From the NCBI GenBank assembly GCA_020832405.1, contig JAFIET010000003.1, positions 9,769 through 33,768 on the forward strand: a stretch of DNA of 24,000 bases, read 5' to 3'. Positions within the stretch are counted from its first letter, which is position 1. The number at the start of each line of letters is the position of its first letter. The notes below the pieces were generated by a model. It saw nothing but the letters and a program-made list of their open reading frames with translations. It was not told where the DNA came from and searched no databases. Position numbers and translations under genes: made by a program. The stretch comes from Balneolales bacterium (GTDB lineage Bacteria > Bacteroidota > Rhodothermia > Balneolales > Cyclonatronaceae). Below, piece after piece: positions 18,070-24,000 of this stretch.

Positions 18070-21000
18070 ATGCTTTGCGGCTTTAACCTTCAAAAACCAG
18101 TCTTACTTACGCTCTTGCTGCTTACAGGGCTCACGCTCAGCGTTCAGGCACAGGAAGTTTACTTTTCGATTTCCGGAAAAAGCACAACCGTAACCTCCGG
18201 CGACCGGCTCGGTCAGTACGATTACTGGTTTCGGCCGGCACCCGGCGTTGACCTCCCAAGGCCGGCCACCGTTGAAATTTTTGATGCCGGTCTCGGCGGC
18301 TTTGCCGATGTAATTGCGGGTCAGCCGAATACCCGCACAACTTTCAGCCTGCATCCCTTCCGCAATCTGTACGAAAAAGGTGAACGGGAAATCCGCCAAA
18401 GCGCCGCAAGCGGCCGTTTCCTGCCCCTCAATGAGGAAACGACCTTTACCGAAAGCCGTTACCTGAACCGCTGGGTGCCTTTTTTTACCCTTGATGAGCA
18501 GCGGGCATCAGCTGAGGGCTTCATCATGCGTGTTGAAACCGACAACGGTAACGACGTAAACGACTTCCGCATCCGCATAACCGGTGAAGGGGCCTCCGAC
18601 TGGGAGCTCATCACCCTAAACCTTTCGGTTGGCCTTATCAGCTCAGCGCCGGAAAACAGGTTTCAGTTCAGGCCGCTTTGGAATGACGGGCCGCCTCCGT
18701 TGTTCACCCTCAGCGGGCAAGAAGACAGCCGTGTTTTTCTGATGGATGCTTTTGGAAGCACAAACCCCATCGACCGCGAATGGAACAGCTGGCAGCAAAC
18801 GCGCTATGAACTGCCTAACAGCTGGGCCGTGGTAATGACCGGTTCGGCAATTCGAATCAATAACCGTGTTTTGGCGGGTCGGGATGCCATCATCCCCTTT
18901 CATACCGATTTTGTAACCCTCAGTGAAGATGCCATTGAGCAACCTCAGGTCGAAATCCTGACCTTCCCCGGGGAATGCCGGCAGTACGGCCTGGAAGCCG
19001 GCTATCGTGGTTTTGTGCTCAACATGAACCGCGCCGAATGGAGAACCGACCGGCAGCGCTTTTCAGGGCCGCGCTTTACCCACACCTTTTCTGAATTTGG
19101 CCAAACACCCTGGACCCTCATCGTGCCCGTTGAAGGCCGGCACGTACCCCGTCAGCTTGTGCGGGAAGGCAGCCTGCTCGTAAACGCTCCGCCCGTAATT
19201 CAGGTAGAAGGCTACCGGCAGATGCTTTCACCGGGCGAGGCGCTGTTGCTCGATGCTTCATCTTCCTTCGACCCCGACGGCGGCAACTTCAGTTTCCGCT
19301 GGTTCGTAAACGACGAGCCCCGTGGTACGGGCAGCAGCTTCCGATTCCAGAGCAGCGTTTCAGGCCCGTACAACATCCGCCTGCGCCTCACCGACAGCGC
19401 CCGTAATGCAAGTTGCACTGAAACCATACAAGACTTCCCGGTTATCGTAAACACACAGCCTTACGCTGAAATAGACTTCAACCGGGTTATCGCAAAAAAT
19501 GTACCCAACCGAATTGCTGCCTGGCAGGATTTCGATCCCGACGGGAATGAACTGGCCTTCAGATGGGCCGGGCCCGGAATTGCCGGTTCTGCCGAAGGAC
19601 GCGAAATTCAGGTTCAGCACCGTGAGGCCGGCACCTACACCATTCAGCTTACCGCCGACGATCAGACCGGCACCCAAAACGCGACCTATACCACCTCCGT
19701 GCAGTATAAAGTGAATGCTGCACCCGTGCCCTTGTTTGCTATCCCAACCATCGAAGCACCCGGTGAAACCGTAACCCTCGATGCCTCCGCTTCAACCGAC
19801 CCTGACGGAGACCCGCTGCGCTACACCTGGAACATCTCGGACGGGCGCGAACTCAGCGGGGTCCGGCAGGATATCACCTTCAGCAGGCCCGGCCTCTATA
19901 CCATAACCCTCACCGCCGACGACGGGGAAGGCGTGGAAAACTCAGTACAGCAAATCACCCGTGAAATTCGCATCAACCGTGCACCCATACCCGCCATTAC
20001 CGCAACAGACTACACCAATCAGGCTATCGTAGATTTCGATGCCTCCGAAAGCGTTGATGCTGATCAGGGAATCGTAAGCTGGACCTGGGATTTCGGAGAC
20101 GGGCAGACCGGCAGCGGTGAGCGCATCACCCATGCGTATCAGGCTTTCGGTACCTACACCGTACGCCTCACCGTTGATGACGGTCAGAATGTTTCCAACA
20201 GCGTACAGCACACAGAACACTCCGTAACCATCAACAGCAACCCCGTAGCGGTAATGGAGTTCCCGCAAGTTGTGGCTCCCGGTGATGAAATACTCCTGGA
20301 CGGATCTCAGAGTTTTGATGCCGACGGCACGGTAAGCGAATGGTTTTGGTCCGTAAACGGCGAACCCATAGGCGAAGGATCACGCATTAGCAGCAGCATT
20401 GATGAGCCCGGGATTTTCGAAATCAACCTGCTCGTTCGCGACGACTCCCCATTTGAGGATGCAACAAGCACAACTTCCGGCCTCATCCGCGTAAATCACG
20501 CCCCTGTGCCGGCATGGCGCAACACCCCCGAAATTACTGAACCCGGCCGGGTTACCCTCTTCGATGCCACTGACAGCTATGACCCCGACAATGAAAGCCT
20601 GCGTTTCCGCTGGGAATTTTCTGACGGTGAAGTGATGGAGGGTGAGCAGGTTACGCGCAGCTTCCCGCAATCAGGCACCTATTTCTTTACGCTTTTTGCG
20701 GATGATGGTGAAGGCCTGGCCAACTCGGTATCATCCGTAGAAGGCAGTATTCGGGTCAATATGGAACCCATCATCGTAACGCAGAATGAAATTACTACCA
20801 ACAGCCTGCAAACTGTACTTGACGCATCAGACAGCTACGACCCTGACGGCGACACACTCGATTTCCTATGGATTCTCCCCGACGGCACCGAGGAACGTCA
20901 GGCCCGATTCACCTGGACTGCTCCTGAGCCGGGCATTCACACAATCAGCCTGCAGGTTGATGATAACGAAGGCCTGGATAACTCTGTCAGCACGGAGCGT

Positions 21001-22860
21001 ATTACCATCATTGTAAACCGGCCGCCGGTTGCCGTAATTGATGAACGGATTGAAAGCTGTACGGATCAGCAGATAGTTTTTTCAGCAGCAAGAAGTTTCG
21101 ACCCTGATGGCGACAGTTTCACTACCCGCTGGGAATTTGGTGACGGCAACAGCAGCAACGAACTGAACCCTGTGCACCGATACCGCCGGCCCGGGGTTTA
21201 CACAGCAAGGGTCTTTTTGGATGATGGCATCGCAGAAGAATCTGTTATCGCTGAACTTCCTGTTGTTATTGAAGGCTCTCCTCAGGCGCAGATTAATTTT
21301 CAGGAAATTACGGTATGTGCAAACAGTCCGATTACGTTTGACGGCACCGAGAGTACCGATCCTAACGGAATGGTAGGCTCCTACAGCTGGGACTTCGGCG
21401 ATCTGAGCACCGCTGTGGGTTCACGCACTACGCACCTGTACACCCGCCCCGGCACCTACCGCGTAACCCTCACCATTACAGGCTCCGGAACCGGAAACTG
21501 CCCGAATATGAGTCAGCAGACCGCCATTGTAAATGTAGTAGCTGCTCCGGAAGCTGTGTTTGAGATCCCTGCGGTGGTAAGTCCCGGCACGGAAGTGGTG
21601 CTCGATGCCGGCGGCTCCATAACCGAAGACCGCATAATAAACGCGCGCTGGCGCATCACCTCTGAGAGTGATGATGCCTTCGAACCCATCGAGCTCAGTG
21701 GTATGGAGCAGAAACTGAGCCTCGACCTTCCCGGCAGCTACATCGCTGAGCTTACGATTGATACCGACAACGATGCCGGTTGTGCAAGCAACAGCATAAC
21801 GCGCAGGATGGTGGTTAATCAGGCACCGCAGATCGTCTGGAACACCCCGGATGTATGGATGCAAAACCGCCCGTTCCTGCTTTCAGCACAGGGCAGCACC
21901 GATTCAGATGGTTTCATCACAAGCTACAGCTGGACCATCGATGGCGAAGTTTTTGCCGAAGGCCTCACAGCACAGCTCCCGGTCAATGAATTCGGCACTT
22001 TTGAAATCGGGCTTCAGCTTACTGATAATGCGGGTGTTGGAAACAGCAGCGTAAACAAACGGAAGCAGCTCACCATCAACCCCGCACCCTCCCCCCGATT
22101 CAGCCTGCCTGAATACCTCTGGCTGGGCGAAACGCTCGAACTCCGCCCGGGCGTAACGACTGACCCGGCAGGAAACCGTGTTTTCAGCAGCTGGAGGGTG
22201 AACGGGCAGGAGTTTGATCAGGAGGAGTACTACCTGAAAACTGACCGCCCTGACTATCAGATTACCCTTATCCAAAACGACAGCCTTGGTCTTGATAACT
22301 CCGCAGCCTCCGTTACCAAAACATTCCGCGTACGCATGCCCGAACCGCTCAGAGTGTCCGTTCCGGCCGGCATCATTTCGGGAAGCAGGCTCACGCGCGA
22401 AATCACTGGTCTTCAGCAGCCATACGTTTTTGTGGATGGGGGTCAACCCGCGGAAACCTGGCTGGCACCGGCGCTCTCAGACCGCACAGCCTCAAGCACG
22501 GCGATGGAAATCACACTCGGCTGGATGCCCCGAAGCAGTACGGTACTTCATACCGAAAACCGTGAAATTCAGGTATTTGCACCACTTGAAGCCCGGCAGC
22601 CTGAAGTACGCGAAGCGGTGGCTTATAACCCGGTAAACAACACAACGCTTGTGACCGCACCTGCCGTAAACCGGCCCGCCTCACACCGCCTCATTTACGA
22701 ATGGCGCTACCGCGGCACTACAGAAGTGCTAACCCGCGGCAGAAGCGTACACCTGCCGCTTCAGCAGGGTGCCAACCTGTTTGAGGTCGTCATTTACGAA
22801 TCGACAGGGATCATTGGCAGTCAGCCCCTGGTTGTTCCGGTAGAAGTTGAAGCCCTGTAA
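18070..22860 (+). CDS. Giant secreted protein: signal peptide, unassigned ~345-aa N-terminal domain, 12 tandem PKD domains, unassigned ~170-aa C-terminal domain
   Basis: 1596-aa ORF starting 9 nt after the previous stop. Signal peptide LLTLLLLTGLTLSVQAQE. Twelve ~88-aa repeats match the PKD pattern LDAS.S.DPDG..L.[FY].W.F.DG....G......F...G.Y.[VI].L...D..G..NS......I.VN..P.A. Confidence 0.9.
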   Translation: MLCGFNLQKPVLLTLLLLTGLTLSVQAQEVYFSISGKSTTVTSGDRLGQYDYWFRPAPGVDLPRPATVEIFDAGLGGFADVIAGQPNTRTTFSLHPFRNLYEKGEREIRQSAASGRFLPLNEETTFTESRYLNRWVPFFTLDEQRASAEGFIMRVETDNGNDVNDFRIRITGEGASDWELITLNLSVGLISSAPENRFQFRPLWNDGPPPLFTLSGQEDSRVFLMDAFGSTNPIDREWNSWQQTRYELPNSWAVVMTGSAIRINNRVLAGRDAIIPFHTDFVTLSEDAIEQPQVEILTFPGECRQYGLEAGYRGFVLNMNRAEWRTDRQRFSGPRFTHTFSEFGQTPWTLIVPVEGRHVPRQLVREGSLLVNAPPVIQVEGYRQMLSPGEALLLDASSSFDPDGGNFSFRWFVNDEPRGTGSSFRFQSSVSGPYNIRLRLTDSARNASCTETIQDFPVIVNTQPYAEIDFNRVIAKNVPNRIAAWQDFDPDGNELAFRWAGPGIAGSAEGREIQVQHREAGTYTIQLTADDQTGTQNATYTTSVQYKVNAAPVPLFAIPTIEAPGETVTLDASASTDPDGDPLRYTWNISDGRELSGVRQDITFSRPGLYTITLTADDGEGVENSVQQITREIRINRAPIPAITATDYTNQAIVDFDASESVDADQGIVSWTWDFGDGQTGSGERITHAYQAFGTYTVRLTVDDGQNVSNSVQHTEHSVTINSNPVAVMEFPQVVAPGDEILLDGSQSFDADGTVSEWFWSVNGEPIGEGSRISSSIDEPGIFEINLLVRDDSPFEDATSTTSGLIRVNHAPVPAWRNTPEITEPGRVTLFDATDSYDPDNESLRFRWEFSDGEVMEGEQVTRSFPQSGTYFFTLFADDGEGLANSVSSVEGSIRVNMEPIIVTQNEITTNSLQTVLDASDSYDPDGDTLDFLWILPDGTEERQARFTWTAPEPGIHTISLQVDDNEGLDNSVSTERITIIVNRPPVAVIDERIESCTDQQIVFSAARSFDPDGDSFTTRWEFGDGNSSNELNPVHRYRRPGVYTARVFLDDGIAEESVIAELPVVIEGSPQAQINFQEITVCANSPITFDGTESTDPNGMVGSYSWDFGDLSTAVGSRTTHLYTRPGTYRVTLTITGSGTGNCPNMSQQTAIVNVVAAPEAVFEIPAVVSPGTEVVLDAGGSITEDRIINARWRITSESDDAFEPIELSGMEQKLSLDLPGSYIAELTIDTDNDAGCASNSITRRMVVNQAPQIVWNTPDVWMQNRPFLLSAQGSTDSDGFITSYSWTIDGEVFAEGLTAQLPVNEFGTFEIGLQLTDNAGVGNSSVNKRKQLTINPAPSPRFSLPEYLWLGETLELRPGVTTDPAGNRVFSSWRVNGQEFDQEEYYLKTDRPDYQITLIQNDSLGLDNSAASVTKTFRVRMPEPLRVSVPAGIISGSRLTREITGLQQPYVFVDGGQPAETWLAPALSDRTASSTAMEITLGWMPRSSTVLHTENREIQVFAPLEARQPEVREAVAYNPVNNTTLVTAPAVNRPASHRLIYEWRYRGTTEVLTRGRSVHLPLQQGANLFEVVIYESTGIIGSQPLVVPVEVEAL
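19180..22350 (+). repeat. Array of 12 tandem PKD-domain coding repeats (~261-264 nt each), diverged at the DNA level
   Basis: The repeat boundaries recur in the translation as VN(A/R/T/H/S)xP(V/I/Y/E)(A/P) linkers. Examples: LDASASTDPDGDPLRYTWNISDG, FDASESVDADQGIVSWTWDFGDG, LDASDSYDPDGDTLDFLWILPDG, FDGTESTDPNGMVGSYSWDFGD. Repeats 2 and 10 have degenerate motifs. Confidence 0.8.
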
Positions 22861-22892
22861 ACAGAGAAAAGCTTGTTGAGTAGCCGTCTTAT

Positions 22893-22932
22893 AAAAAAAG
22901 GGTTTCTGAATAATTTCAGGAACCCTTTTTTT
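22893..22932 (+). terminator. Rho-independent terminator closing the kinase/FecR/PKD operon
   Basis: Stem GGGTTTCTGAA (22900-22910) / TTCAGGAACCC (22915-22925): 11 bp with one G.U pair and loop TAAT. It can be extended by A/U pairs and is followed by TTTTTTT (22926-22932). The A-run upstream means it could also act on the minus strand. Confidence 0.85.
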
Positions 22933-23032
22933 GATTACAAAATATTATTTCCGGAGAACTTTATTCATAAGGAACAACAGTTTCGGTTGAAACCTCATCC
23001 AAATTTTCATCATCAGAGACTTCACCAAGATA

Positions 23033-23064
23033 GGATGGATGGATGGATGGATGGACGGATGGAT
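23033..23064. repeat. Tetranucleotide microsatellite (GGAT)4-GGAC-(GGAT)3
   Basis: Read directly: ggatggatggatggat ggac ggatggatggat. An imperfect gata unit precedes it at 23029-23032. It lies in the 280-bp gap between the operon terminator and the stop of the 23214..23702 gene. Confidence 0.95.
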
Positions 23065-23213
23065 GGATGTGTTCACTTTCAACGCCCTTTCGCTATGCCT
23101 TTCCGGTGAGGCGATTAAACACAGGATTAACGAGGCGCAGCAAGCAGGGTGCTCTGATATCGCTTTAGGCCAGAAAAACTGCTGTAAGAAGTATAAACCG
23201 CGGCAGCCCTGTC

Positions 23214-23702
23214 TCATACTGTGAGGCCGTCGTTCTCAAGTCCGTAGAGCACATAAAGTGCTTTCTCGAAACCCTGACTTCCGGGCTCGATGCGAACCTG
23301 AAAAAACAGCCGTTTCGTATCTGTCGTTAAAAAGTAGTGCACATCACCAGGTTCAGCGCGTATGCTTTCACCCGGCCCAAGCCGGTAACCGCTACCGTTT
23401 ACATGAACGAAGGTGAGCCCTTCTACTCTGGTAAACTTTTCCGGAAAACTCTGCTGAAAGTGTGCTCCGTTACTGCCGTCAGGTACGCGGGTAATTTCCG
23501 GCAGCGTGTAATCGCCCTCTGTTTCATGGGCTTTGCGGAGGAATGTTGTGTAATGTCTGGCCTGACCATTATTTATGGTGCGATTCAGATTTTCGGGGGG
23601 AACCAGCCGGTAATATGCTGATTCTACAGGGTTAAACGGAACACCAAGAAACGCAACAAAAATGAAAGGTACTACAAAAACGATCAGTACAAGTCCGATC
23701 AA
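23214..23702 (-). CDS. Hypothetical membrane-anchored protein with a cupin-like C-terminal region
   Basis: 162-aa ORF. N-terminal TM IGLVLIVFVVPFIFVAFLG. Cupin motif-2-like segment GYRLGPGESIRAEPGDVHYF. The only in-frame start is TTG (complement of 23700-23702). An out-of-frame ATG followed by an A6 tract lies 13 nt upstream (see findings). Confidence 0.55.
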   Translation of the reverse strand: MIGLVLIVFVVPFIFVAFLGVPFNPVESAYYRLVPPENLNRTINNGQARHYTTFLRKAHETEGDYTLPEITRVPDGSNGAHFQQSFPEKFTRVEGLTFVHVNGSGYRLGPGESIRAEPGDVHYFLTTDTKRLFFQVRIEPGSQGFEKALYVLYGLENDGLTV

Positions 23703-23821
23703 TCTATTTTTTCATTGGTTATGATAGCTAAGTTATCGTTAAAACCCACTCAGATTAATCAATACGAAACTTAACTTCAAACCTCTGCAAAGGGTAGCCT
23801 ATAACCAGCCCCATTCAAAAC

Positions 23822-23856
23822 AAAAAAAGGCTGCAAACCCGAAAGTCGCAGCCTTT
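23822..23856 (-). terminator. Rho-independent terminator downstream of the partial right-edge CDS
   Basis: Stem AAGGCTGC (23827-23834) / GCAGCCTT (23848-23855). On the minus strand it is followed by seven U (A-run 23822-23828). It lies ~23 nt after the stop at 23879-23881. Confidence 0.7.
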
Positions 23857-23878
23857 AATTATTACTATTCACCGGTGT

Positions 23879-24000
23879 TTAGCGGCGGATATTCATACGT
23901 TCCATTACACGATTGGTGATATCGTAGTTTTCGCGCATTTCAGCGGAAGCATACAGTACAACCATATCACCATTGTTTACCATCTGGTTAATTACATAAG
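23879..24000 (-). CDS. C-terminal ~40 aa of an unidentified protein; the gene runs off the right edge
   Basis: Hand translation of the minus strand gives ...YVINQMVNNGDMVVLYASAEMRENYDITNRVMERMNIRR*. The frame is open to the window edge and followed by a good terminator. I do not recognise the family. Confidence 0.45.
   Translation of the reverse strand, partial: YVINQMVNNGDMVVLYASAEMRENYDITNRVMERMNIRR

Noticed and set aside
19180-22350. Possibility that the ~261-nt periodicity is a CRISPR-like or satellite DNA repeat
   Set aside because: The periodicity exists only at the protein-domain level. There are no conserved direct DNA repeats with unique spacers, and the region is one continuous ORF.
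18103-22446. Numerous minus-strand ORFs (up to 180 aa) and alternative-frame plus ORFs inside the PKD gene
   Set aside because: The 1596-aa frame shows a coherent 12-fold domain periodicity. The overlapping ORFs lack motifs and are typical of open off-frames in GC-richer coding DNA.
22873-23224. Plus-strand ORFs 22873..23109 and 23039..23224, which translate the GGAT repeat as MDGW repeats
   Set aside because: The first runs straight through the operon terminator hairpin. Both exist only because the repeat lacks stop codons in every frame, and neither has a start context or protein-like sequence.
1-24000. Search for tRNA, rRNA, CRISPR, IS elements, integrases, toxin-antitoxin pairs or defence genes
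   Set aside because: I saw no tRNA T-arm or acceptor signatures, no spaced direct repeats, no terminal inverted repeats flanking a transposase-like ORF, and no nuclease, helicase or methylase motifs. The window looks like core chromosome, apart from the kinase/FecR/PKD operon.

Overview
This window looks like ordinary chromosomal sequence from a moderate-GC bacterium. Protein signatures suggest a Bacteroidota/Rhodothermota-Balneolota-like lineage, but I cannot verify that without a search. I found no rRNA, tRNA, CRISPR array, transposase, integrase or obvious defence gene.

The left 9 kb is a run of minus-strand housekeeping genes:
- ispG (N-terminal part, not in the ORF track)
- two tandem rhomboid proteases
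- a phytoene-desaturase-family flavoprotein
- an enoyl-CoA hydratase
- GTP-dependent PEP carboxykinase
- a stand-alone EF-G2-type GTPase

The middle holds plus-strand genes for type I asparaginase, a small membrane protein, an AlkA-like HhH-GPD protein and a DUF420 membrane protein. These converge on a minus-strand COG0523 (CobW/ZigA-like) GTPase.

The most unusual part is an 8.7 kb plus-strand operon at 14156-22860. It encodes an orphan membrane sensor histidine kinase, a secreted FecR-domain/Ig-like protein, and a 1596-aa secreted protein. The kinase stop overlaps the next start codon. The large protein has an unrecognisable ~370-aa N-terminal domain, 12 tandem PKD repeats and an unassigned C-terminal domain. 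The operon is closed by a strong terminator. I flag it as a candidate uncharacterised envelope or surface-sensing module.

Downstream lie an interrupted (GGAT)8 microsatellite in a 280-bp gene-poor gap, a membrane-anchored cupin-like ORF with a suspicious start region, and a partial unidentified CDS at the right edge. Several intrinsic terminators can be read directly from the sequence. All functional calls rest on by-eye motif recognition and need HMM or BLAST confirmation.
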